Shown: positions 16,695-26,051 of the stretch, piece by piece | Layout: every line of letters begins with the position of its first letter | How positions within the stretch are numbered: position 1 is the stretch's first letter | Assembly: GCA_021825655.1 (NCBI GenBank) | Contig: JAKAGU010000002.1 | Coordinates: 13,129-77,128, forward strand | Source: a bacterium | GTDB lineage: Bacteria > Patescibacteriota > Doudnabacteria > UBA920 | Length of the DNA stretch: 64,000 bases | Direction of reading: 5' to 3' | Notes under the pieces: model-generated | What the model was told of the DNA's origin: nothing | Databases searched by the model: none | What the model saw: only the letters and a program-made list of their open reading frames with translations | Position numbers and translations under genes: made by a program

Positions 16695-17057
16695 TTATTT
16701 TTCGCCGCTTCCTTTTTCCGGCTCAGCTGGCAGAGAGGCCTCTGGTTTTGGCTTGGGCGCCATAGGCGGGACCAGCTTTTTCGGCCCAAAACTCACCTTT
16801 TGGGGATCGGCCGTTGCCAAAAATTCCACGGAGCCCAAAATCTTGTTGCGGATGGCCGGGCTTTCCGGCGCCACGCCGGTCTGGAACCATCGCATAACGA
16901 CCGAGGCGCCAATATCACAATCCTTGTCAACTAGTTTTGCCGCAGCCTCCAGGGAACCGGCCTTCTGAATCAGCCTGCCCATGAGGCCAAAAAATTTTTC
17001 AGTCTGATCTCCGGTTTCCGCCCGGCGGCCGGGGTTTTCCGGTTTTATTTCCGACAT
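16695..17057 (-). CDS. Hypothetical protein with possible Cro-like HTH
   Basis: KAGSLEAAAKLV...DIGASVVMRWF..GVAPES; start taken as MSEIKPE. Confidence 0.6.
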   Translation of the reverse strand: MSEIKPENPGRRAETGDQTEKFFGLMGRLIQKAGSLEAAAKLVDKDCDIGASVVMRWFQTGVAPESPAIRNKILGSVEFLATADPQKVSFGPKKLVPPMAPKPKPEASLPAEPEKGSGEK

Positions 17058-17071
17058 AAGAAAGCTGTTAC

Positions 17072-17797
17072 TTATCTTATGACTTTCCACTCCTTGCTGA
17101 AGGAGCGCCTGATAACTTTATTATAAACCAGGTTAATTACCCAAAGCGACAAAAGCTTGGCCCAGCCCACGTTGTGGGCGCGCCGGGAAGTATGCATCAC
17201 AAACAAACCGGTTTCCACCCAGGTCCTACCCACTTTGCTTAGGCGGCCGAAGAGATCGTTATCCTCCCCTACCACCAACGCCCCGTTGAACCCATTAACC
17301 TGCTTAAACGCACTGGCGCGGACCATCTGGAATTCGCCCGAGGCCATGCCCAGATGCAAAACATTGTTATAAAACTGGTAAACGCGGTTAACCAGGCCAA
17401 AAAACATTTTATCAGAAAGCGTAACGTGTTCGGGCAGCACCTTTAAAAAAACAGTCAGGCCGCACAGGCCGCGGTCTTTTTCAAAACGCTCCAACGTCTG
17501 CTGGAAAAACTCGTTAATATTGGGGATAAACACATCGGCATCCATAAACAGCAAATACTCGCCGCTGGCCACCGCAGCGCCCGCGTTCCGGCCGCCGCCA
17601 ATGGTCTGCCGGGTTTTTCTGTCATGGACCACGACCTTGTCCGCATACTTTTTGGCCAGTTCCACGGTCCGGTCCGTGCTCCCGCCGTCTGAGACGATGA
17701 TTTCATAGCTAACCACACGGAGCGCTTTTAACGCGCCCAGGGTTTTTGCTATGACTTTTTCCTCGTTCAGAGTGGGAACGATTATGGAAAGCTTCAT
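17072..17797 (-). CDS. Glycosyltransferase family 2
   Basis: LSIIVPTLNEE, IIVSDGGSTD, RNAGA, LFMDAD, GED. Confidence 0.93.
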   Translation of the reverse strand: MKLSIIVPTLNEEKVIAKTLGALKALRVVSYEIIVSDGGSTDRTVELAKKYADKVVVHDRKTRQTIGGGRNAGAAVASGEYLLFMDADVFIPNINEFFQQTLERFEKDRGLCGLTVFLKVLPEHVTLSDKMFFGLVNRVYQFYNNVLHLGMASGEFQMVRASAFKQVNGFNGALVVGEDNDLFGRLSKVGRTWVETGLFVMHTSRRAHNVGWAKLLSLWVINLVYNKVIRRSFSKEWKVIR

Positions 17798-18378
17798 ATT
17801 TCGGTTTTCACCAAATAACGATTAATGGCCCAGAGGGCATAAATGACAACAAAAATGGAAACGAAAACAAACACAATCTTCATGGGGCCGACCACGGAAG
17901 CGTACAAGTGCCCGAAAAAATATCCCACCAAAAGCAAAAAAGCCGTCCAGATGAAACCGCCAAATAAATTTAAAACTACATATTTTTTAAAGTCCACGCG
18001 GAGCATGCCCGCCACAATCAGGGTGGCCAGGGCAAAACCGAAGCCCATGGTAATTTTGGAAATGAACAAAATTTTGTTCTGATAGGTTTTAAAGCGTTTC
18101 TCAATCTTGGCAATTATTTCCGGGGTGATGTTTAAAAAACCGCCAAACTTGTGGAGGATGGGCTTAGCGCCGAAACGACCCACACCATACCAGCCAATGT
18201 CAGCCACAAAATCCCCGCCCATCAAAGCAAAATATAAAGGCACCAAGTCAAACTGCCCGAGCCGATACAAAAACCCGCTGGTAATCATGACCACCGGACC
18301 TTCCACAATGCACAGAATAAAAACGATTGCGTATTTGGAAAAATTGAAAAAATCAAGGAGAAACTGGATGGGGTGCAT
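17794..18378 (-). CDS. DedA / VTT family membrane protein
   Basis: EGPVV..SGFL, D..WYGVGR, AGMLRV.F.KY...N..GG.IW. Confidence 0.88.
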   Translation of the reverse strand: MHPIQFLLDFFNFSKYAIVFILCIVEGPVVMITSGFLYRLGQFDLVPLYFALMGGDFVADIGWYGVGRFGAKPILHKFGGFLNITPEIIAKIEKRFKTYQNKILFISKITMGFGFALATLIVAGMLRVDFKKYVVLNLFGGFIWTAFLLLVGYFFGHLYASVVGPMKIVFVFVSIFVVIYALWAINRYLVKTEI

Positions 18379-18498
18379 ATACCCACAGAGTAGCACAAAA
18401 TCGCTTAAAAATCACTTTTTTAGTCCCCGTTATGAAATAAAATCTTCAAATAAGCGTATTAGGTGGTATAATTAAAGCAAGAAAATTAAACCTGATTT

Positions 18499-18813
18499 AT
18501 GAAAAAAATCCTTTTGGCTGTAGGCTTGGCCGCGCTGCTCGCGGCTGGCTGCAACAGCTCAAAACCTGCTGCACAGAACCCGGGCGAACAGCCAGTAGCC
18601 CAGGCCCCTGAGCAGCAGACAAACCCAACCCCGGCGCCCGCTGTCCAGACACAGTCCAACGTGAAGGTCCAAAACGTTGATGACGCCTTAAACGAGCTTG
18701 ATAAGCAAGCGGCCAGCGAGCAATCCCTGACTGCCGGCACGGATGACAGCGACCTGACTGCCACAGATGCCACTGAGCTTAACAGCCTTACGGAGGTACC
18801 AAATGGAAACTAA
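18499..18813 (+). CDS. Small acidic lipoprotein
   Basis: Lipobox LLAAGC; Q/P-rich linker; acidic C-terminal helix. Confidence 0.8.
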   Translation: MKKILLAVGLAALLAAGCNSSKPAAQNPGEQPVAQAPEQQTNPTPAPAVQTQSNVKVQNVDDALNELDKQAASEQSLTAGTDDSDLTATDATELNSLTEVPNGN

Positions 18814-19549
18814 ATTAAAAATAGCGGCGGCCCTTGCTTCCATATCCATCCTGGTGCCGGCTTTTGCCCTGGCTGCCTTGCCGGCGCAGGGAACAGCCGG
18901 TGCGGGACAGAATTTTTGCACCCGGCTGCCGGAATTGACCACGCAAGTCAATAACCGGCTGGCGCAGTCAACCACCAACCTGCAAAACCGCCAGCAGGAA
19001 ATCCAGACCAAAGTACAGGAAAGACAGACAACGCGGACTCAGCAGCTTACTCAGGTACGCAATACCGCTGCCCAGGACCGCCAGGCAATTTATACCCAGC
19101 TCATGGCCAAAGCCACGACCGATGCGCAAAAACAGGCTGTAACGACATTCCAAAACACCATCGAAGCTGCGGTTACCACCCGCCAGACTGCGGTTGACGC
19201 CGCAAGACTAGCCTACTGGACAGCCCTAGACTCCGATTTAAGCACCCGCCAGACCGCGGTATCCACGGCCCGGCAGAACTTCTTCAGCGCCATCCAAACG
19301 GCGCTAACCACAGCCAGCAGCCAGTGTGCTGCGGGCACGGCTCCGGCCACGGTAAGACAAAATTTCCAAACCGCGCTGCAAGCGGCCAAAACTCAATTCG
19401 CCACCAACCGTAAGGCAATCGACAAAATTGGCCCGGAAGTGAAAGCTTTGGTACAGACCCGCAATGCGGCTATTAAAAAAGCCATGGATACTTTTAAAAC
19501 CACAGCCCAGCAAGCCCGGACCACGCTTAAAGCCGCGTTCGGAAAATAG
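18803..19549 (+). CDS. Secreted Ala/Thr/Gln-rich coiled-coil protein
   Basis: GGAGG Shine-Dalgarno; signal peptide METKLK..PAFALA; long amphipathic helices; two Cys. Confidence 0.8.
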   Translation: METKLKIAAALASISILVPAFALAALPAQGTAGAGQNFCTRLPELTTQVNNRLAQSTTNLQNRQQEIQTKVQERQTTRTQQLTQVRNTAAQDRQAIYTQLMAKATTDAQKQAVTTFQNTIEAAVTTRQTAVDAARLAYWTALDSDLSTRQTAVSTARQNFFSAIQTALTTASSQCAAGTAPATVRQNFQTALQAAKTQFATNRKAIDKIGPEVKALVQTRNAAIKKAMDTFKTTAQQARTTLKAAFGK

Positions 19550-19560
19550 TTTCTGTTTCA

Positions 19561-19594
19561 AAAACACCCGCCTCTCTCAGGAGGCGGGTGTTTT
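19561..19594. terminator. Bidirectional terminator
   Basis: AAAACACCCGCCTC...GAGGCGGGTGTTTT. Confidence 0.8.
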
Positions 19595-19632
19595 GTTTAT
19601 CTTGCCATACAAGATAATTATGAGTCGGCCAT

Positions 19633-19839
19633 TTAAGCCAGATCCAAGATCGGGGTAGTTTCCTGAGCCAGATCCAAGATCGGGGTAGTTTCCTGAGCCA
19701 GATCCAAGATCGGGGTAGTTTCCTGAGCCAGATCCAAGATCGGGGTAGTTTCCTGAGCCAGATCCAAGATCGGGGTAGTTTCCTGAGCCAGCCCTGTAAA
19801 CCCAAACACTATAACCAGCACTACAATAAGCGTTTTCAT
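19633..19839 (-). CDS. Secreted peptide: signal peptide plus five copies of QETTPILDLA
   Basis: MKTLIVVLVIVFGFTGLA-(QETTPILDLA)5-stop; TACAAT -10-like element upstream at about 19898-19903. Confidence 0.6.
   Translation of the reverse strand: MKTLIVVLVIVFGFTGLAQETTPILDLAQETTPILDLAQETTPILDLAQETTPILDLAQETTPILDLA
19636..19791. repeat. Perfect 30-bp tandem repeat, 5.2 copies
   Basis: Unit agccagatccaagatcggggtagtttcctg, no mismatches, no spacers. Confidence 0.95.
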
Positions 19840-19915
19840 ATTTTGTATTTTTGTTATTAATTTTAAAATCGGCCTGTTCCCGACCTGAACAGTCCTAAAT
19901 TGTATCCGCCGCCAA

Positions 19916-20521
19916 TTAATCCAAACCCATGCGGCGTGCCGTTAAAAATTTAAAGCGCCTTCTATATATGGCTAAAAGAATCAGGGAGTTAATTGCCAGC
20001 AGATAAACCTGAAACGCGGAATTTTCAATCGTCCATTTTGGTATGGACGGCAAGACCAGAAGCACGGCCACCAGGCCGGCGGCAAACGTCAGGCCTGTTT
20101 CGGTTTCCGGGTTTGTCCAGGCTTTGCGGAGGGTGGGCAGGGCTGCAAAGCCGTCAGCTGCAGCTGCCAGCAGCACCGCCAGCCGGGGGGAGGCAAGGCC
20201 CCAAACCAGCAGCGCCAGCACTGAAAACGCGCCGCAAAGGAAATCAAATATTGTTAACTTCCAATAGCTTCTCGGGTTTACGAAAGAAGCGATCAAAACC
20301 AGCAAAGGTATAAACCCGGCCAAAAAAGTCCGGGTGGTCGCCCAGATATCGGCATGCGCGGAAATCGCCGCTCCTGTGCCAACCAGCGGCGCCAGCGCCC
20401 ACAAAGCCCACGACACTCGGTTCGGCCTGGTTGTACCCTTTAGCGTGTCGCGGACATAGACAAAAGAGCCAACAAGGCTTATTAGGGCGCTAAGCACAAC
20501 CAACCAATGGACAAAACTCAT
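19916..20521 (-). CDS. Multi-pass membrane protein of unknown function
   Basis: Y.RDTLKG.TRPNRVSW..W, D..A.LPT.RKAW..P.TE; about seven TM segments. Confidence 0.8.
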   Translation of the reverse strand: MSFVHWLVVLSALISLVGSFVYVRDTLKGTTRPNRVSWALWALAPLVGTGAAISAHADIWATTRTFLAGFIPLLVLIASFVNPRSYWKLTIFDFLCGAFSVLALLVWGLASPRLAVLLAAAADGFAALPTLRKAWTNPETETGLTFAAGLVAVLLVLPSIPKWTIENSAFQVYLLAINSLILLAIYRRRFKFLTARRMGLD

Positions 20522-20622
20522 AACTTTAATTCAGTTTAATCGCACACGGGCTAATGTAGTGTAATTTTAGCACATAAAAAACAATAACCGCCCTTTTGGG
20601 GCGGCGATGTTCTCCAGAATTT

Positions 20623-22149
20623 TTAGACAAACCCGGGAAAAAAGTCGGTTTTTATTTTATTCGACGCAACCCCCATGCTCAGAAGCGCGTTTTCATAAGC
20701 CGTAACCATGGCGTGGGGCCCGGAAAGATAAAACCTGCGCTGTTTAAAATCGGGCACTTCAGCGGCAATCAGCTCCGCATTTATCGGACCGACATTACCC
20801 TGCCAGCCGGCTGGCACCTGGGTTTTGTCGGTTAGGGTATAAACAGCCCGAAGGCCAAGCTTTTCCACAGCCTGGTCGAAAATATCGGTGTAAACCGCCT
20901 CCGCAGCCGTCTTGTTGCTGTAAAACAGCACAATATCCCTGGCCTGGTTTGTATCCAGCAAATATTTAATCATGCTGCGAAAAGGAGTAATACCGATACC
21001 GCCCGCAATAAACACGCTTTTTTCTTGGGGGTTCTCCGGCAGGGTAAAATCCCCTGCCAGCTGGCCGGCTAAGATTTTATCGCCGGGCTGCATTGCCAGC
21101 ATGGATTTTTTGTAGCTGCTCGGCGGGTCATAAAATTTTACACCCATGATAATTTCTTGCTCAGTCGGCGCGGAAGCGATAGTAAAATAACGGCGGTTAC
21201 CCCGGTTATCTGGCTTATCGTGTTCCAGCGTCCACTCCAAATACTGACCCGCCCGGAACGGCATGCCCGTATCCGTTGCAAAAACAAAATCGAAAATACC
21301 CGGGCCCAGGCGCATTTTTTCTTTTAAGGTAAGCAGGAGTTTCTTTTTCGGGCTGGCTAAATAAGAAAACACGTTGCCCGCCAGAAGTGCCAGCTCAGGC
21401 GTGGAATAAAGCGAAAGCACATGCATCTGAGGAGCGAACAACAACCCCACCAGTCCGCCGTAAACGGCCTGCAGCCCTTTGGTCGGCGGGGTTGTCAGGG
21501 GTTCCGTCAGCATCACAAAAGCAAAGAAGAACAACGGCGAGTCCACAAGCACCTTCTGCACAGAAGAGACCAAGTCCAGGCCGCGGGCCAGATCCAAACC
21601 CAGAATAGTGACCAAGGCCACAACGAAAAAACTGAACACCAGGTCAAACCTCCTGATTTTCCTCACAGTCAGAAAACCGCCCACCAATACAAACGGCAGC
21701 ATCCAGGCCGTGCCCACCCACCAGCTCGCCGACTGGTTAATGGTCAAAGCCGTAAGGGCCACGGCAAAAGCCACGGGGTTAAAAATATGTTTCCGATTAA
21801 AGGCCAGAATATACTTGGAAACTTGGGACCAAATCGCGGCCCAGGCCACAAACCCGAAATACTGGGCGTCCAAAGTTTTAATCGGCGTAATAATCAAAGC
21901 TAAAATCAAAGCGGTTATATAAACGGATTCCACATTGGTGGGCACATTAAAAATCCAGGCGGAAACCACATTCACGATCCAGCAAAGCAGAGTGATAAAA
22001 AATACGGAATACACCAGCCCCACCGGGCTATAGGGCAAAGCGCCAAACAGACTTAAAAGAAAAGCCGCCGCCAAAAGGCCGATGAGGTAATACAGCACCA
22101 GCCGGTACATGGTTATTTTGTTCAAAAAATCATCTACAAAGGTAAGCAT
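20623..22149 (-). CDS. RnfD/NqrB-like membrane domain fused to a ferredoxin-NAD(P)+ reductase (FNR) domain
   Basis: N-terminal TMs with ESVYITALIL, KHIFNPVA and FVMLTEPLTTP; C-terminal FRAGQY, RRYFTIASAP, IAGGIGITPFRSM, YLSGPHAMV and DFFPGF. Confidence 0.88.
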   Translation of the reverse strand: MLTFVDDFLNKITMYRLVLYYLIGLLAAAFLLSLFGALPYSPVGLVYSVFFITLLCWIVNVVSAWIFNVPTNVESVYITALILALIITPIKTLDAQYFGFVAWAAIWSQVSKYILAFNRKHIFNPVAFAVALTALTINQSASWWVGTAWMLPFVLVGGFLTVRKIRRFDLVFSFFVVALVTILGLDLARGLDLVSSVQKVLVDSPLFFFAFVMLTEPLTTPPTKGLQAVYGGLVGLLFAPQMHVLSLYSTPELALLAGNVFSYLASPKKKLLLTLKEKMRLGPGIFDFVFATDTGMPFRAGQYLEWTLEHDKPDNRGNRRYFTIASAPTEQEIIMGVKFYDPPSSYKKSMLAMQPGDKILAGQLAGDFTLPENPQEKSVFIAGGIGITPFRSMIKYLLDTNQARDIVLFYSNKTAAEAVYTDIFDQAVEKLGLRAVYTLTDKTQVPAGWQGNVGPINAELIAAEVPDFKQRRFYLSGPHAMVTAYENALLSMGVASNKIKTDFFPGFV

Positions 22150-22151
22150 AT

Positions 22152-22895
22152 TTAGTTGGTTACGTATTGTTCGAAGCCCGATGTTTTGGTGGCTATCCCC
22201 TGACTGTCTATCATGTAGCCCTCCAGGCCTTCAATGGACTCAATAAAATTAATTCCTTCCCTGCCCATGGCAAAAGCGGCAGTGGCAAACCGGTCAGCCT
22301 CATATATGTTGGGGCCGATTATCGTAAGGCTCACAATTTCTAAGAGCTGTTGGCCCGGCTTGAAGGGGTTGTAAATGTGCTGGCCCCGCTCGGCAGTGCC
22401 TGAGGTGGCTACTCCCTGGCTGGTAATACTCAGGACTTTGACAATCTCCTCGTGCTTGAAAGGATTGCGGATACCCACGCGCCACGATTGACTGCCCGCA
22501 TCTTCCACCTGACCCTGAATGTCCCCGCCCGCGTCTATAAAAAAATACTTGTGGCCCGCACGCTCCAGCAGCAGGCTTGCCTGCCAGATGGCCCAGCCTT
22601 TAACTATGCCCGACGGATCCCAAAAGCCTTCGGGCCGCCAAATATTAAAATAGCCCCTGGTGGCTTTTTTAGTTTCTTCCGCCAGCATAAAAATTTTTTT
22701 AATGTCCGGAGGGTATTGGCTTTCCGCCAACTCGCCTCGGTTAATCTGGCTAATGGCGCTGTTTGGCTTATACGTACTGAAGGTCTCGTCAATATACTGA
22801 AAATATTCAAATACTCTGTCACAGCCCTGCTTTTCGTCGCCGTCCCTGACCTCGACTGTAATGTGCATACCCATCAAATTTCGAGTTTGCTGCAT
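22152..22895 (-). CDS. apbE: FAD:protein FMN transferase
   Basis: LMG, FSTYKPNSAISQIN, DPSGIVKGWA, DAGGDI, WRVGIRNP, VATSG..ERGQHIYNP, ADRFATAAF. Confidence 0.93.
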   Translation of the reverse strand: MQQTRNLMGMHITVEVRDGDEKQGCDRVFEYFQYIDETFSTYKPNSAISQINRGELAESQYPPDIKKIFMLAEETKKATRGYFNIWRPEGFWDPSGIVKGWAIWQASLLLERAGHKYFFIDAGGDIQGQVEDAGSQSWRVGIRNPFKHEEIVKVLSITSQGVATSGTAERGQHIYNPFKPGQQLLEIVSLTIIGPNIYEADRFATAAFAMGREGINFIESIEGLEGYMIDSQGIATKTSGFEQYVTN

Positions 22896-22899
22896 AAAC

Positions 22900-23520
22900 T
22901 TAATTCTTCGCTTTGGCTAAGGCCGAAGCCAGGGATTGCTGGAAAGCCTGGCTCGAATCCGTGGCTCCTGAAACTATGTCTACATTTGCGCTCTGGGCTG
23001 CAATTGCCTCAGCTTTCAAATAAGGCATAGCCTGGCCGTTAATTTCGCGGGAAGTACTGCGGTCATTTGGGTACTGCAAGAACACCACGTCTGTAATTTT
23101 GCCGCCAGCAACAGTCACCTGCACTTGGATGTTGCCGTAATAGGCGTCTGCGACGCTGCCCGTATACTGCCCGTCCGCGTATTGGCCCTTGGGTTTAGGT
23201 GCCGGAACAGGAGCCGGAGCCGGTACGGGCGCCGGAGTAGGCGCGGGGACGGGCTTGGGCTGGGCAGGGGCGGGAGCAGGGATGGAAATTGGCAAGGGCT
23301 GGGACTGGCTGCTTTTTGGAGGGCTACTGGGCGGATCAGCGGCAATGGGCGCCTGTACGGGAACTTCCGCAATCGCGGCCGTGGAAGTGGCCTCAGGAGC
23401 TGCAGGTTTAATGGCAGAAACGTCAACCAAAACACCAGGCGCAGGCGCCAGCCTGCTCTGGTAAATCGCGTAAAAGGTAAAGCCGCCGACTATAATTAAT
23501 GAGTAAAAAAATTTCTTCAT
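22900..23520 (-). CDS. Membrane-anchored FMN-binding (flavinylated) protein with Pro-rich stalk
   Basis: N-terminal TM, PAPAP linker, YADGQYTG..YGNIQVQV, flavinylation motif DIVSGAT. Confidence 0.92.
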   Translation of the reverse strand: MKKFFYSLIIVGGFTFYAIYQSRLAPAPGVLVDVSAIKPAAPEATSTAAIAEVPVQAPIAADPPSSPPKSSQSQPLPISIPAPAPAQPKPVPAPTPAPVPAPAPVPAPKPKGQYADGQYTGSVADAYYGNIQVQVTVAGGKITDVVFLQYPNDRSTSREINGQAMPYLKAEAIAAQSANVDIVSGATDSSQAFQQSLASALAKAKN

Positions 23521-23535
23521 AACTTTAAAAAACGG

Positions 23536-24138
23536 TTATTCTTCATCGCTATTGCCGTTATGCCCGGACACATACTCTCCATCCACCCAGGCGTATTCCC
23601 CTGACTTCAAGCGAATACGGTACCAGCCGTCTTCCTCCCCGGTATAATTATACGTTTGGCCGGGGTAGGCCTTGCCAATCACAGAACCGGAAACTGCAGG
23701 CTGGCTCCTGGCGTTTAAATAACCCGTAGGGGTTTCTTTTATTTTAACGCTTTTTTTGCTTTGTAGACTCTTGCGGACGGGAGCAGGCGCAGATATGTTT
23801 GCGTTCGCCGTTGGAGCCGAAGCTGGAGGAGTGGCCGAGGCAACCGGTTCGGATAAAGTTTGATCAGGCAGAGCCATCTGCCCCAGCACTGCCGGTTTAG
23901 GCGCAGCCTGGGCCAACTTGGAGGTTTTCCCTGAAGCTGACACAAGCACGTACTTGCCGGCGGCAACCAAGGCCAGAAGGCTTAGGCTGGCCAGGAATAT
24001 TTTGGCACTGGGCAATTTTTTCCCGCCTGTGTTTTTGTTTAGAAACAACTTTTCGGGTCCATTAAAAAATCTACTGTCAGGTTTTAACCCATCCTGGCTA
24101 ATGTTGCGCACTTCAAAATTTGGACCTTGTTGATTCAT
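23536..24138 (-). CDS. Membrane-anchored bacterial SH3-domain protein
   Basis: TM helix, linker, TPTGYLNARSQP..SG..IG, GWYRI...GEYAWVDGEYV. Confidence 0.85.
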   Translation of the reverse strand: MNQQGPNFEVRNISQDGLKPDSRFFNGPEKLFLNKNTGGKKLPSAKIFLASLSLLALVAAGKYVLVSASGKTSKLAQAAPKPAVLGQMALPDQTLSEPVASATPPASAPTANANISAPAPVRKSLQSKKSVKIKETPTGYLNARSQPAVSGSVIGKAYPGQTYNYTGEEDGWYRIRLKSGEYAWVDGEYVSGHNGNSDEE

Positions 24139-24140
24139 GT

Positions 24141-24560
24141 TTAGTTTCTGGCTTGGGATAAAGCGCTGGCCAGGGACTGCGCAAAAGCTTGGCTGGTATC
24201 GGTCGCGCCGGAAATTACGTTTACCTGAGCGCTCTGGCTGGCAATGGCTTCGGCTTTCAGGTACGGCATGGACTGGTTACTAATACTCTTGGAAGTTGGC
24301 CGGTCGTTGGGGTACTGCAAAAATGTCACATTGGCCAGCTTGCCGCCGGACACAATTGCCTGGACCTGCACGTTGCCGTAATAAGCGTCGACTGCGTTGC
24401 CTGTATACGTACCGTCTTTATAGCTAATATTTTGGCCGGGCTGGTTTTGGCTGATTATTGGCGGCGTTACCCGGTGTTCGCCGTAACGCTGGTAAACCGC
24501 ATATGCGCATATGGCGGCAAAAAGGGTTGCTCCAATCAGGAGCTTCTTCACTGTTGTCAT
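24141..24560 (-). CDS. Membrane-anchored FMN-binding (flavinylated) protein, short paralog
   Basis: YKDGTYTG..YGNVQVQ, LQYPNDR, NVISGAT; highly similar to the domain in 22900..23520. Confidence 0.92.
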   Translation of the reverse strand: MTTVKKLLIGATLFAAICAYAVYQRYGEHRVTPPIISQNQPGQNISYKDGTYTGNAVDAYYGNVQVQAIVSGGKLANVTFLQYPNDRPTSKSISNQSMPYLKAEAIASQSAQVNVISGATDTSQAFAQSLASALSQARN

Positions 24561-24588
24561 GTGGTGGGGGTTAAATTATCTCTTTTTT

Positions 24589-24621
24589 AGGATACCAAAA
24601 CCACATGAAGCTGGCATGAAG
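24589..24621 (-). promoter_or_regulatory. OmpR-type direct-repeat box plus -10 element of the flavinylation operon
   Basis: Minus strand CTTCAT-GCCAG-CTTCAT-N10-TATCCT; identical box at 27721-27737. Confidence 0.75.
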
Positions 24622-24632
24622 CCATAAATTAA

Positions 24633-26051
24633 CTACGGGCTAAAAGATGGCTGCACGCTTAATTCCAAATGGTAAGGATTGCCATTTCTGGCCTTTAAAC
24701 CCCCGTATTTTACTATCCCTTCCAGAATATACTTCTGTTTTAAGGGCAAATTTGTTACACCAGCGCCAAGAACGGGCAAATCGTACGGCCCCAACTTGCC
24801 AGCAGCCTCATCGGAAAAAATTGCATAACCGTTGTCCTGCTGCAAAACATAACCCTCTACCGCCACTTTTTTATCCACAAAATTCTGGGCTTGTCTGCTT
24901 ACGCTGCCAATACTGGAAACGGGCAAAGTCCCGCGGGTTTTAATAATATCCAAGCCGTCAGGAATGTTCAGCTGCCCATAGCCGGCGCCAGGCTTGCCCG
25001 TGACGCCATACTGCCAGATTATTTTTTTGGTCTGCTTGTCAACCACTATCACACGGTGATTCTGGTCATCGTTGGCCAAAATATTACCGTTAGGCAGCTC
25101 AATCGCCAAGGAAGGGTGGTTCAGCTTCACATCCCCGTCCTGGCCGCTGAATTGCCACACCACTTTACCCTGCCGGCTTACTTCCACCACCTGTCCGGGA
25201 TTGCTGTAGTCGGCTATCAGAATATTGCCTGCCTGAGTCAGCTGGGGGTCTGACGGGTACCTTACCGGCAGAACCATATTAAAAACCGGCTGCCAGGAAT
25301 TATCCAACTCCACCAGATTCTTTCCCACGATGTTGCTAACCAGGGTGTGCCCGCCGGCCAGGGGCGTGTCGCCATTGGGCTTATCAAGAAAACCCGCTTG
25401 GTTTTTACAAACACCAGTTTGTCCATATTGCCGCACAATCTGCTTTTCGGGAGAAATTTCCAAAATGCGGCAGTTCTTTATGTCCGCGACCGTCACGTCG
25501 CCATTAGGTAGCTTGTAGGCATCATCTGGCGTATTCAGGTATCCGGGCGCAGATCCTGCATGCCCGCCAACGCCATAGCTCCAGGTTACCTGCTTGCTCG
25601 CATAATCGATAATCTGAATCAGATGGTATTCTTCCAAATTCACGATAACCGAGTTGCCGCTATCCGTAAAAAAAGAATCGTCCGCACCCAGGCCGGCTTT
25701 GGGCAAATGAAAGGCGTACTCCCAAATTACCCGTTTGTCGGGGGTTACTTCCAAAAGCCGGTTGTTACCCCGGTCGGCAATCAAGACATTATAACCACCC
25801 AAGGCGGAGGTATCTTTCGGTTCGCCTTTCACCTCTAAAGGCGTAGCCACAACGGGCGCAGCCGGAGGGTTTGCCTCATAGCTTTCAGGCAAGGTCTCCT
25901 GCGCTTCGCCGCCAAGGTCGCTATCTGAAAGCTGGGCTTGTCTGGCAGAAAAAAATATCCGGGTGTTTCCCCGGGACAGCAGGACCGCCGCAAGGATTAC
26001 CACGCAAAAACCGCAAAAGATGCCGGCGGCAAGAAGAATCTTTTTTTTCAT
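24633..26051 (-). CDS. Membrane-anchored beta-propeller (NHL/PQQ-like repeats) with a small C-terminal domain
   Basis: Repeated LIAD..N.R..EV...K.V.W.Y and LPNG.....D units. Confidence 0.8.
   Translation of the reverse strand: MKKKILLAAGIFCGFCVVILAAVLLSRGNTRIFFSARQAQLSDSDLGGEAQETLPESYEANPPAAPVVATPLEVKGEPKDTSALGGYNVLIADRGNNRLLEVTPDKRVIWEYAFHLPKAGLGADDSFFTDSGNSVIVNLEEYHLIQIIDYASKQVTWSYGVGGHAGSAPGYLNTPDDAYKLPNGDVTVADIKNCRILEISPEKQIVRQYGQTGVCKNQAGFLDKPNGDTPLAGGHTLVSNIVGKNLVELDNSWQPVFNMVLPVRYPSDPQLTQAGNILIADYSNPGQVVEVSRQGKVVWQFSGQDGDVKLNHPSLAIELPNGNILANDDQNHRVIVVDKQTKKIIWQYGVTGKPGAGYGQLNIPDGLDIIKTRGTLPVSSIGSVSRQAQNFVDKKVAVEGYVLQQDNGYAIFSDEAAGKLGPYDLPVLGAGVTNLPLKQKYILEGIVKYGGLKARNGNPYHLELSVQPSFSP

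Noticed and set aside
19636-19791. CRISPR array
   Set aside because: The units are head-to-tail with no unique spacers, stay in frame in an ORF, and no cas genes are present.
19527-19805. Alternative-frame repeat ORF (WLRKLPRSWI)n
   Set aside because: A by-product of the 30-bp repeat. It crosses a terminator and overlaps the convergent gene, while the other frame has a proper signal peptide.
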